DNA of 64,000 nucleotides from NCBI RefSeq assembly GCF_006345805.1, contig NC_043000.1:94798001-94862000 (forward strand). The letters run 5' to 3'. Positions 25,851-38,204 of this stretch are shown here, piece by piece. This stretch comes from Octopus sinensis. Its lineage: Eukaryota. The notes beneath the pieces were generated by a model, which ran no database searches, had not been told where the DNA came from, and was given only the letters and a program-made list of their open reading frames with translations. The translations under genes were made by a program, and so were the position numbers. Numbering within the stretch: position 1 is the first letter of the stretch; each line of letters opens with the position of its first letter.

Positions 25851-25869
25851 TAGACATATAGTCAGAATT

Positions 25870-26165
25870 CCTAGGATAGACCATGTTGAACGACTGGAAA
25901 ACAACAGGTTTCTAAAACAGTTGCTCTTTGCTGGAGTTTTCTTGAGTAGCACCAAATAGAATAACAACCAGCCTGAGCTTCAATGACACACATAACAGAT
26001 GCTGGTTAATTGTTGGTGTCATCACAAGTAACGGAAAGCGTTGCTTTGAGCGGAACAGCTCACAAGACATTAACCAACATAGGTACCATCTTGTGATAGA
26101 AATGCAATGCGGTTCTTCAGAAGAAACAGCAAAAGAAGAAAAAAGCAAGAACCAATTCAAATTCA
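25870..26165 (+). mobile_element. RTE-like LINE 3' fragment
   Basis: DHVERLENNRFLKQLLFAG and a basic C-terminal tract resemble the RTE GHV.RM..R.PKQLL region. Confidence 0.55.
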
Positions 26166-27012
26166 AACAGGTAAGAATTCATTGATCTGAAGTTTGTGTG
26201 ATGCAATTTCTTGTTCTGATAAGAGGAAGGATGTTACAATACCAGTTGCGTGTGTATGTATGTATGCATGTATGCATGTATGTATGTATGTATGTATGTA
26301 CGTACGTATGTATGTATGTATGATGTATGTATGTATGTATGTATGATGTATGTATGTATGTATGTATGTATGTACGTACGGGTTAGTGGACAAACTAAAG
26401 AGGCACTTAATACATTTATTAGGAGTTACATATACGTGTGTGTGTTTAATGTGAAATTATGGATGAAAACGTATTTAAATTTTCACAGAAGAGTCACTCG
26501 ATATTTTGTGGGATACATATATATTGACTTTTACGAGAAAGACATTAAGTACGAAATCGAAGTTTCGGCTTGATCACTGACGTCAAGAAGTCTAATGATG
26601 GTGAGGAGGCAGAAACCTCGAGGCCACCATCAAATTAACCTTGTGTCTGTGTGCGTATATATATATATATATATATACAAACACAAATGCACACGCACGC
26701 ATATTTGTCCTGGAATTATAGAAATAGTGAATAATTCATATCTTTCAAATACTTTGCACGTTACGCCGTTCAAAAAAGAAAAAAATAAGGAATATTTAAA
26801 GATATATGTGCAAACATCTGCACACATAAAGGAAAGTACGGAGAATATAAGTAAAGTATGTACATGAATACACGCACATAGACTTGAATATATTCAAACA
26901 CATGCGTCTTCATCAGTTCACACGCGCGTGAGCGCTCAGCTATGTATAAAAGATATAGAAACCAAAGTATACACACGTAGATGAAATGTACATAAATATA
27001 CAAAGATACATG

Positions 27013-27074
<62 letters not shown>

Positions 27075-27221
27075 ACTTATATATATACACACATGTATAC
27101 ACAAGCATATACTTATACATACACACCTATACATATACATACACTTATACACACACGTGTACATATATGTATATGTGAGTGTGTTGTGTAAATTCTTACA
27201 TGTATGACTATGCTCAAACAC

Positions 27222-27276
<55 letters not shown>

Positions 27277-27644
27277 ATATATATATCCACGCACACACTT
27301 ATACAGTGGAAAAATAAACTTAAGTAAATAAATAAATAAATAAAATATGATGAGGAAGATAATGAAATTAGTTGATTCTAATGTATAATGATTAGACGTG
27401 GATGCACACATATCTACATATATACTTGTAATCATATACATATGTACATATGTCCGAATGTTGAACCCATATAAATGTTGAGCGCATATAAACAAACACA
27501 CAATGCAACATATACAGTCAGATGTCTGTGTACAGTTAAATGTAACTATATTTGTAGTAAGGAGGAGATGGTAAATAAATGTTGTTAACTTTGCGGGCGA
27601 TTTTAAATAAAATAAAATTATTTCTATATGTAAACAGTGTGTAA

Positions 27645-27675
<31 letters not shown>

Positions 27676-27749
27676 TGCACGCACACAAACTCACTCATAT
27701 ACGCCTATACATATATACACGCACATACACATGTATATATAATATATAC

Positions 27750-27980
27750 ATTATTTACATTTGACGGGTATTTGTCCTCATCTTGTTTTTTTTAATACAA
27801 CCTTTCGGACATACTCTCCAGCATTTTTAAGGTGTCCTGGAGAAATTTCGAACCTGGATTCTCATTCCTAAGGTATTTTTTCGATATTATTATTATTATT
27901 GTTGTTGTTATTGTTCGAATTCGGAATCTTAGGGTTAGTAGCGTGCACTCTTAACCACTATGCCATATGCCCGTGGGCAA
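27750..27980 (-). mobile_element. tRNA-derived SINE (additional family)
   Basis: Minus strand head GCCCACGGGCATATGGCATAGTGGTTAAGAGTG with A-box and B-box-like motifs. Confidence 0.55.
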
Positions 27981-27989
27981 TTATAGAGT

Positions 27990-28480
27990 GAATGTTTGGG
28001 CTTATAACTCTAATATTTTCTTATCCTTCCTTAATACCAGTTCCTATATGCTACTCATATCTGCACTAGGTCTGTTTAAGAGGTTGTCGTGTCCAAGCAT
28101 ATGTGCTGTTTCTTTTAGTTTTCGTATTTCCCAGTGGTGTCCTCTGTTTTATTATTCTAACTTCATCCCACAGAGGGAGATGATCTGCTATACCCGCTTT
28201 ATCAATATCTCCCCGTGTCACAGCTATACGATGTTCCTCGACCCTTATTTTGAGGGGGCGGCAGGTTTCGCCTTTTTATAACCTACCACAGCTGCATATT
28301 CTTTTCTGTTGTTGGTTTTACTCGAAGGAAATATTTGCGAAGTGCTGTATTACTCTTGAATACTGTCCTGTTGTCCTATGGGCCGCATATCTTTTTCTTG
28401 AATCAGCGATAGTACTTCATCAGTTGGGACTTTGGTGGACAGACTTATAACATTAGACTCACCATCTGGTTGGATCCTTG
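27990..28480 (-). mobile_element. Heavily deleted Penelope/Poseidon-type PLE fragment
   Basis: Minus strand VISLSTKVPTDEVL (RT), ICSCGRL*KGETCRPLKIRVEEHR..GIADH (GIY-YIG). Confidence 0.65.
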
Positions 28481-29285
28481 ATCAATTTTAAAGAAATTAC
28501 TTTTGAGTGGGCATGTACTTTTGTTGCGGTATTTGCATTGAAAGGTTGGAACAATCAATTGTTAGGGGTAATTTCTGTATTTTTTCTATGAATTATGACT
28601 AGCGAAGAGGCGAATTTGTCCTTGCAACTGTAAATGTGTGAAATTTATGGTTGCTAAGGAATTGTTTGTTTATTAAGCTTTAAAAGGGCTGGCAATATTG
28701 CTTTTAATGCTTAAAGTGAAGTGGGCGTTAAGCCATATGCTTTTTCTTTTACTAATTTTGTTAGCATTAAGCGTTCCACGTTGAGGATTTATTTTATCAT
28801 ATCGCTAAAGCCGATTCTTTCCGGGCCTTCGTTCAGAATATAGCAGCAAAATCAAAAAATTCCTTATTAGAAAAAAAATTTAGATGTTTTTTATGATGTC
28901 TATTGGCAAGTTCTTTAATGATGTTAGGTGGGTGGTTAGAGTTTTTTATTAATATAATCTATTTTTAGTATAGGAGCAGTAGATTCCCATCGTTAGATTC
29001 ATTGTGATGCCTAAGAAGTATACTGAGCTAGCATTGGTAGTAAATGTAATTTCGAAATCGAAGCTCCTGCACTCGTTCATTAAGTCTTTTATAAGATTGT
29101 CTGACTGATCCTCCATTTTTATTGCGTGTTAATATAAAGCTGTCACTTGTGAACAATCCTAACTCTGTCAAGTTGAATATTGAATCTAAATACAATGTTG
29201 TCCAAAATAAATAGGTTTACAATTTTCCAAACCTCTGCTTCATCATAACAGCGTATTGGCACATCAAAGAAGTTTGGTCCACGTG
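28480..29285 (-). mobile_element. Decayed PLE RT/thumb/linker fragment (FDV.MG.YDGAEV-type lineage)
   Basis: Minus strand FFDVPIRCYDEAEVWKIVNLFIL, SNHPPNIIKEL, KRKSIWLN, CKYRNKSTCPL. Confidence 0.75.
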
Positions 29286-29370
29286 ATCGCTAGCCACAAC
29301 ACATTCTTTATTTTCTCTCCTTGTTTCTTTCGGTGTACCTTTCTGTGGAAGAGCGTAGGCTCGAAATGTT
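29284..29370 (+). repeat. pLTR-like repeat with hammerhead-like motif, inverted relative to the adjacent PLE RT
   Basis: TTTCTCTCCTTGTTTC..CTGTGGAAGAGCGTAGGCTCGAAA; same family on the minus strand at 50075-50165. Confidence 0.6.
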
Positions 29371-29451
29371 CCCGAGTGTTAAACTAATACATCTGTTTGT
29401 TGTCTACACTACCTGCCATCGTCTTTTGTTTTTATGAATTCTCATATATAT

Positions 29452-29846
29452 ACTCTTTTACTCTTTTACTCGTTTCAGTCATTTGACTGCGACCATGCTG
29501 GAGCACCGCCTTTAGTCGAGCAACTACATCCCGGGACTTATTCTTTGTAAGCCCAGTACTTATTCTATCGGTCTCTTTTTGCCGAATCGCTAAGTGACGG
29601 GGACATAAACACACCAGCATCGGTTGTCAAGCAATGCTAGGGGGACAGACACAGACACACAAACATACACATATATACATATATACGACGGCCTTCTTTC
29701 AGTTTCCGTCAACCAAATCCACTCACAAGGCTTTGATCGGCCCGAGGCTATAGTAGAAGACACTTACCCAAGGTGCCACGCAGTGGGACTGAACACGGAA
29801 CCATGTGGTTGGTAGGCAAGCTACTTACCACACACCCACTCCTGCG

Positions 29847-29848
<2 letters not shown>
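29452..29848 (-). mobile_element. SINE family 1, full length
   Basis: Minus strand GGCGCAGGAGTGG head with B-box GTTCAGTCC, internal CA/TA microsatellite, 3' body, (GTAAAAGA)n tail. Confidence 0.85.
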
Positions 29849-29889
<41 letters not shown>

Positions 29890-29891
<2 letters not shown>

Positions 29892-30098
29892 CTTTTACTC
29901 TTTTACTTGTTTCAGTCATTTGAATGCGGCCATACAGGAGCACCGCCTTTAGTCGGACAAATCGACCGCAGGACTTATTCTTTGTAAGCCTAGTACTTAT
30001 ATTTTCGTTCTCTTTTTCCGAACAACTAATTTACGGAGATGTAAACACACCAACATTGGTTGTCAAGCGATAGTGGGGGTACAAGGACAGACAAACAA

Positions 30099-30153
<55 letters not shown>

Positions 30154-30185
30154 CGACGGGCTTCTTTCAGTTTCCGTCTACCAAT
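29890..30185 (-). mobile_element. SINE family 1, 5'-truncated
   Basis: Same body and tail as 29452-29848. Confidence 0.8.
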
Positions 30186-30703
30186 ACAATTCTATAGTAT
30201 TCACAGGCCCACCGAAAATAAAACTTTTATTTCCATCCAGTCCCAACCAACATAAATGCAACTAATTATTCCGCGTGTATATTCACAAACAGATATATGA
30301 GTGCCTGTGTTGCAGTATTTGTATGTAATTTCGTGTATATACGTTCCACGCTTGTACACATGTGCATGTATATATGAATCCAGGCAGGTATGTAGATGTG
30401 TGCATCCACATTTAATCAGTATCCCTTAGAACATATTAGATGCTCATTATAGGTCTTATTATATATCGTATTTATATATCTTATACATCTTATTTAAAAT
30501 AAAACAAGATATATATTTATTATTCATCTTGTTTTATTTTATATATATTCATTTCATTTATTTATTTTATGTTGTCCTGTTCATCTAATACTGATACTTG
30601 TATATCTCTGCGTATATATATAAGTGTGTGTGTGAGCGTGTGTGAGTGTGTATGAGAGAGTGTGTGTGTGTTTGTGCTTGTGTGTGTGTGAGAGTGTGTG
30701 TGT

Positions 30704-30734
<31 letters not shown>

Positions 30735-31115
30735 TATGTGTGTGTTTCTGTTTGAATTTGTGTGTGTGTACATATGTGCGTCCGTGTATATATATATATC
30801 CATTTGCGAATATAAATACCTACGTATACGAGTGTGTTTACATGTGTATGTATATGTGTGTGTGCATGTGTGTGTACGCTCTTGTGTGCGCGTGTTTGTG
30901 TATGCGTGTTTATGTGAGTGTGCGTATGTGTATTTAAACGTACGTATACGGATATTTTTACGTACGTTCATGCATCTATGTATACTCTTCTATGTAAAGG
31001 TTTCTACGAACCAATGAATATGCATAATTGTGAAGATATTCAGGCATATAAGCACATGCTTATGTACATGTTGCATTGATATTCTCTAATACTATCTTTT
31101 ATCTGTGTATACGTA

Positions 31116-31154
<39 letters not shown>

Positions 31155-31385
31155 TATATATATATCTTTCTGTTTTCCCTATTGATCGGTATAACGGGCA
31201 AACCATTTCAAATATATGAATTAAACACATAACACGGCAATTGGATTTTATATTTTTCCCAGGAAAATGTCATTATGACCGGTATACACATACATGACCT
31301 CTTCAATTAAAACCAGCTTCATAAGTGCCAACGCAGGAAACTCTCAGCCCTTCAGTCTCTCTGTAACATTTGCCGATTATTAAAG

Positions 31386-31458
<73 letters not shown>

Positions 31459-31839
31459 TGTATGTATGCATGTATATTTCTGTGTATATATGTATGTATA
31501 TAGTTCTGCTTGTGTATGTGTATATATTTTTATGTGTATGTGTGTGCACGCGCATATTTTCATACCTGCATGTGAATGTATGAGTGCTTATGCAATTATG
31601 TGAATATCGACATGCAGATTCATCTATATCCATTTACAAAATCAAGATCAAAATCTGTCGATAATTAGAGACGATTCATCTCACCATTTCCTGCAGCATT
31701 GTGCAAATGGAAGTTAAACATAACTTTAGCTAGAACGCTTTCTTTTACGTCGAGTTTTTCTTGAGAAGGAACTGACTTCCTATTAGCATGCCAATAATCT
31801 ATCACTGGCATTCAAACGCCAAATAATATTTACCATACT

Positions 31840-32035
31840 GAAGGCGGCGACCTGACAGAAACGTTAGCACGTCGGGCGAAATGCGTAGCCGTATTTCGTC
31901 TGCCGTTACATTCTGAGTTCAAATTCCGCCGAGGTCGACTTTGCCTTTCATCCTTTCGAGGTCGATTAAATAAGTACCATTTACGCACTGGTCTCTTCCC
32001 CAAAAATTTCGGTCCTTGTTCCAAGAGTAGAAAAG
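31840..32035 (+). mobile_element. tRNA-derived SINE family 2 with 15-bp TSD
   Basis: GGCGGCGACCTGACAGAAACGTTAGC..GAGTTCAAATTCC; TSD AATATTTACCATACT at 31825-31839 and 32036-32050. Confidence 0.88.
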
Positions 32036-32249
32036 AATATTTACCATACTAGATTTTAATTAGAGCTTGGTAACTTTGGCCTTCGAGGACTTACAATAAG
32101 TCTTATGAAAATAATTCGTTTTGGGATTTGATTTGCAAGATTCTTCATGTGAGTTCGTGTGTCGAAGCATATTTTGTTGTGTCTGGGGAGAGTCATTCCC
32201 TTTTAGTGCCTTATTACTTACCATACTCAGTTAAAGTTTCTACTGATTT

Positions 32250-32665
32250 ACTTTTTTACTCCTTTACTCTTTTACTTGTTTCAGTCATTTGACTGTGGAC
32301 ATGCTGGAGCACCGCCTTTAGTCGAGCAAATCGACCCCAGGACTTATTCTTTGTAAGCCTAGTACTTATTCTATCGGTCTCTTTTGCCGAACAGCTAAGT
32401 TACGGGGACGTAAACACACCAGCATAGGTTGTCAAGCGATGTTGGGAGGAAAAACACATACACACAAACATATACACACATACATACATATATGTGTACA
32501 CATATATACGACGGGCTTCTTTCAGTTTCCGTCTACCAAATCCACTTAGAAGACTTTGGTCAGCCCGAGGCTATAGTAGAAGACACTTGGCCAAGGTTCT
32601 ACGAAGTGGAACTGAACCCGGAATCATGTAGTTCGTAAGCAAGCTACTAACCGCGCAGTCACCTC
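32250..32665 (-). mobile_element. SINE family 1
   Basis: Same architecture as 29452-29848. Confidence 0.82.
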
Positions 32666-33052
32666 TAGGCCCTTTATTTATTTATTTATTTATTTATTTT
32701 TCCTAAAATTTTCTTTGTGTCTTGCAACCTTTTCGTTAGTCGATGACTCTGCCGGAAATTTACCGGCGATTAGTAACAATAATTAGACACTATAAGAGAA
32801 TGACACTACCCCGACACAACGAAATATGAAAATATTGTTATACAATAACATTACACAGGGATTTTCGTGATTAGATTATGCAAATGGCTAAAAAAATGCT
32901 AGGAGAGTACATAAATTACTTGCACTTTACATTCAGATGTATATGAATACAATAAGCATTGATAAACATGAGAATATGTGTGCGTTTGTGTGTGTGCATG
33001 TGTGTGTATATATGTGTGAGTGTAAATGCATGTATGTATATATATGTATATG

Positions 33053-33115
<63 letters not shown>

Positions 33116-33289
33116 ACAATAGCATTCCAGCCAAATAAAGCACCGTGAAGGTAGAATAATAAATAGATAATAGTACGTATGTCATTATTCAGTTTATTTC
33201 AAGATTTCTTGCCAATAGAGAAAGAACCGGTTTCTAACCTAGATCCAAGGCTCCTTCATTGGAATTGTAACATCAACAACAGGGTATTT

Positions 33290-33321
<32 letters not shown>

Positions 33322-33360
33322 TGTATGTATGTATGTATGTATGTATGTATGTATGTATGT

Positions 33361-34015
33361 GCAGATTTGTATGTTTTATGTCTGTACTCTCATGCATAGA
33401 GTTACATATTTAAAAATGGTATTATATATATTTAAATGATAAACTTCTGGTAATTTTTGCGGATTTTTACAGTTCCAGTATATTAGCGTTTTTCTTTCTG
33501 GTTTTGAGAAGCCTAATTTCTCAAGTTCGGTATTTAGACAGTGTGTTGCATATCCCGGGGCCCCAATATTTACATGTATAAACCTGACCTTGTAATTTGG
33601 ATCGAGTTACTGTAGATTTCTCAATAGTTCAGCATAGGTGTTCTCTTTTTTCCTGATCGTCATCTTCATGTTAACAACCGCCGAGCAATTAATTTCTACA
33701 ACTGTGCACAGTTTTTCTTCTCTATCCCAAATCATTATATCAGGTCTGTTGTGCTTAGATTTTATTGAGGTCTTCACTAGTACATTTCATCAATATTCCT
33801 TATCATTATAAGTGGCTATGGCTTCTACCATATTGTGGGTTTTTATTTCTTTGTCTTTGCGATTATCCTTCCGACGGATTTCATTATAGAGTGTCCTAGA
33901 TACAACGTCATGTCTCATCGGTAGATAATACCGTGATAACATTTTCAGACAAATGCTTATGAAGTGGGTGATATCTTCAATGTGAACTCCACAATGTCTG
34001 CATCTGTTGTTACAT
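33361..34015 (-). mobile_element. R4/Dong-like element 3' end (same family as 21170-23330)
   Basis: Minus strand RCRHCGVHIEDITHFISIC..MRHDVV; nucleotide similarity to 22700-23330; (TATG)n tract at its 3' end. Confidence 0.8.
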
Positions 34016-34284
34016 TCTACGGATTTGTATGTATGTATGTATATTTTTATATTTATACATGATTATTGTGCTTATATACGTGCATGTGGATGTACAGTGA
34101 AAATAATTTATGCATTCTCCTTGCATTTCTTTCGCCACTTGCATAATCTAATCATGTATACATGTATGTACATGTATGCATGTAAGTATGTATGTGGATA
34201 TATAATTCTGCAAGCTTGCCGCCTTCAACTGAGAAGTCTTATTGATAAATTAAATAGTATAATTGCTGTTTTTGTCGTTACTGT

Positions 34285-34424
34285 TGTTGTTGTTGCTCTT
34301 CTTCTTCTTCTTCTTCTTCTTCTTCTTCTTCTCTTCTTCTTCTTCTTCTTCTTCTTCTTCTTCTTCTTCTTCTTCTTCTTCTTCTCTTCTTCTTCCTCTT
34401 CTTCTTCTTCTTCTTCTGCTTTTG

Positions 34425-34481
<57 letters not shown>
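34285..34481. repeat. Compound (CTT)n/(ATT)n microsatellite
   Basis: Directly visible. Confidence 0.95.
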
Positions 34482-34484
<3 letters not shown>

Positions 34485-34924
34485 TAGTTTTATTTTTATA
34501 GCGTGCTTTCACTTCACTACCGAGCGCAGCTCTGTGCGCCTTGGGTATGTGCTGTGATTTGTTGTGATGCTCTGATGGTTATTGTATGGAAAGCGTTCTG
34601 CGTAGGATGTGTGCAGTGCCTAGTAGTGCAATTTTCTGTATGTTATATGTGTTTGTAAGTCCTGGTGTTTTTGTTATGTATTTGTCTGAATATTTTTTTA
34701 TCATGCCTAATGCACCTACTATGATAGGGATTGTTTCTGTTTTCAGATTCCACATTCTAGTTACCTCTATTTCCAGGTCTTTGTATTTTGAGAGTTTCTC
34801 CATTTCTTTTAGAGACACGTTGTCATCTGCCGGTATTGATACATCAATTAGAAAGCATTTTTTTTCTTCATGATCTCTGACAACTATATCTGGTCTATTG
34901 GCCTTAATTTCTCTATCTGTGTGT
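34482..34924 (-). mobile_element. R4/Dong-like 3' end with intact restriction-like endonuclease, embedded in (TAA)n
   Basis: NRPDIVVRD..CFLIDVSIP..EKLSKYKDLEIEV..IPIIVGALG..; short 3' UTR; (TAA)n on both sides. Confidence 0.88.
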
Positions 34925-34934
34925 ATTATTATTA

Positions 34935-34968
<34 letters not shown>

Positions 34969-35199
34969 CATTATTATTATTATTTTCTATTTCTTCATAA
35001 TTTTCTTCTTTATTTTTCTTCCTTTATTTTCCTATTGTGAACCCATTTCTTTCTAGAAAGTCAAAAGATATTATTCCTAAGCAGCGAAATATACATGAAC
35101 TGCAATTGAATCTCATGCTTACTTCTTGCCAGTTACTTATACCTTCCCTTATGCGGTGCCAACGAAAGATATCCTATAAGCTTTTTCGATAATCCAGCA

Positions 35200-37000
35200 A
35201 AACAGTGAAAAGTTCTCTAAATGACAAGTAACAGTTTTTTAAACGATGGACACTTTGGGGTTGTCGCCCCTGATGTACAAAATTACGTAGGAATGATAGC
35301 TAAAATTTTTCTGAACATACGTCTACCGGATTAAAGCTGACTTCAAGTTAAACATTGACATGTATCAGATCGTGCTTACATCGTTTCTTGCCGGGGGAGA
35401 GTGCTAAAGTTGTATAAAGCGAGTAGAATTGTTGTTGATTTATGATGTTCTCCTCATTTGAGAGCAAAGAAATCTGAATAAATTTCGAGCTATGCTCAAA
35501 GTTAAATGAACTATAATAGAGTTTAAACAGTTCGCGTCTAATTACTCAAAGAATAAAGAAAAGTGTAACTGAAGTCGACAATTTTTCAATCTCTTTACCA
35601 GGATATTACAACAACATTAAGACGCTCATAACTTAGAATGAATGTATAATTAAAACAATAATTTTCAAACAAATATGAATGTTCTGTGCATCTCCTCGTA
35701 ATGATTTCTTACAAAGTTGATGGAGTCTCTTTATAAAAGTGGTGAACCAGAGACTTCATTGTGTTCATTGCTAACAATCATTCCTAATTACATTCGGAAC
35801 AGAAATGAATCGTTTTCATATCAATGAAGATAAAAATCGATTGCCCCCTTTCACATTCAGAATGATATGTATAAACCGACAAGATGAATGGCTGACTGAA
35901 CATGATTTTGGTGTATATCAGCCAGACAATTATCCGCCAAACGTAGGTGTATTTCAAACGATATGGTTTGGAGTTCATATACTCAGGCATAATGCGTTGT
36001 TTTTGTATTTGATATTATATAAAATAAAATTACTTGGTATTTGAATCTTCATTGCCGGTTAATCAATCATCCGTCTACTTAATCAAATACAATAGTCATA
36101 AAGTTGATTTATGCTTCTGATGAGCCGGGTCAATAATCCTGCTTCAAATCCCAATTAGTTACAATAATGTCATGTCCCTTACGCCCTTAATGATCCTGAG
36201 GAGAATCATAAACACCACTATTTACACCTCAATAATGAATTTAAAATGTTGTACTGATAAATTTAACTGTTGCGTTTCCACAGAAAAAGTATCTTCAAAC
36301 TCATTAATAAACTCAACATTCCTGTAAAACCGATGCCATAATCTGGTCACGTATGTAAAACTATATACACTATATAACTAACGAGTGTTTCATTAATTGC
36401 AGTACTGATTTCAGATCATTCCAGAGTCTCCTCTCTTATAGTCGAACTATTCACATTGCAATCGTTTCTCGACAAATCTAATTCTTAGCAGCCAAAGCAG
36501 ATGTGCAATCGATAAATTAGTGTCTTACACAATATTAATGACCATTGGATGAAATGATTCATTCGGCTGTAATTCGAAGTAGGAATGTAGAATCTTTGTG
36601 ACCTTGCCCTGGCGTTTCGCACCAGATCACCGACCTCTTTTGATCGGTGGAAAGAACCCTGCGTTAATTAAGAGGGTTGGCATATTTAATGCAGTTTACT
36701 AATAAAGACTTAATTAATGTTCACCAACATTGATACGGGAAGTTACTACAAGGAACTTCCATACTTTCGGCTAAATGGACTATTAATAAGAAAGAAACAA
36801 GATTTGTTGAGGCTACGGCATTTTAACCTTAATTCAGTCCTGAGATCAGAACACGTGTCTTTAGTGAGATTTTAAGCTGCATCCAGTAATGAGGCCAAAG
36901 GTTCGGGAGTTCCAGGGTTTTGAGGAATTTGGAACTATTACTTAGCCACTATTGATCCCAATTTACATTGGGTGCTCTGTAAATATGAAAAGAAACGCTT
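35200..37000 (-). pseudogene. Possible heavily decayed leucine-rich-repeat (TLR-like) gene
   Basis: Minus-strand fragments ELDLSRNDC (from 36484), LLMSLKILFLW and HLRLADNCLADIHQNHVQSAIHLVGLYIS (from 35949) fit LxxLxLxxN spacing; many stops and frameshifts. Confidence 0.35.
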
Positions 37001-37532
37001 GAATAACCATTTTTCGTCCTTCATACGTAGGCACAAAATTTGGGAACTCAAGGATAGTAATAGTGAATTTAACCTAAATATACGAAATATTCAAATATAG
37101 AGATAAGCAAAACGTAATTGATAATAAATTAGACCTTAGAGTATCATGTGTCCATAGGACTACCCGTACCACCAAGTAATAAGAAGTATATCATACTATG
37201 ATTTGGTAGCACGAGGTATTCGGGGTGTCATATTATTCATAGCATACCCTCTATTTTCTCGAAATATGTGTAGTATTAATTTCTAATAACCCTTATCTAC
37301 TTTAATCTGTATCGCTTCGTTAATGGGATTACCTTCCCTTAGAGTTAGTATAATATATAAAATTGCAATGAATTACTAAACCTTGCCACTCCCTTAAGTA
37401 TAAGGTATACACCCCTGGAACTGCTATTAATGTACGAAGACAAGTGTCTTTGATATATTTTATAAATATCGTACAAATCCATTTCCAAAGGTATCTTTAT
37501 CTTGATTTTATTTGATATTTTATACACACATA

Positions 37533-37628
<96 letters not shown>

Positions 37629-37630
<2 letters not shown>

Positions 37631-37792
37631 GACGGGCTTCTTTCAGTTTCTGTCTACCAAATCCACTCACAAAGATTTGGTCGGCTCGAGGCTATAGTAG
37701 ACAACAGTTGTCCAAGGTGCCACACAGTGGGACTGAACCCGGAACCATGTGGTGCGTATGCAAGCTTCTTATCACACAGCCACTCCTACGCC
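37629..37792 (-). mobile_element. SINE family 1 head half
   Basis: Matches 29685-29848. Confidence 0.8.
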
Positions 37793-38204
37793 TATATAGC
37801 AATATAATTTATAATATATATCATAATCTATAAAACAACCCTTATATCACTTGATTTATCATTTTGATTTATCTTTATCTTTTATTTCTGTTATACATTA
37901 TTTCTCATTCGCAAAGAAATAATTCAAAATATTTTATTTTTATATTTTTTATATTTTATATTATTAAATTTTTATATATCTATATTCCATTTGTGTAGCT
38001 TCTATAGATTATAAAGGGGTTTATAATTTCTTTTCATAAACGTCAATGTATAATACAATATTATATTTTATATTTATAATTACACATTGTTTTATAAATT
38101 TTATACCTATATGTGATATTTCTATATATTCATACATCCTTTCATAATTTTTCTACTTTGTAATTTATGAATAATCTTTTACTTGTTTTTTTATAAATGT
38201 TACT

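Noticed and set aside
31685-31804. Candidate 120-nt phase 1-1 minus-strand exon (VIDYWHANRKSVP..HNAAGN)
   Set aside because: Weak acceptor, isolated, and no recognisable homology.
36117-36165. CTGATGAG hammerhead-like core
   Set aside because: No properly placed GAAA and no convincing helix II or III.
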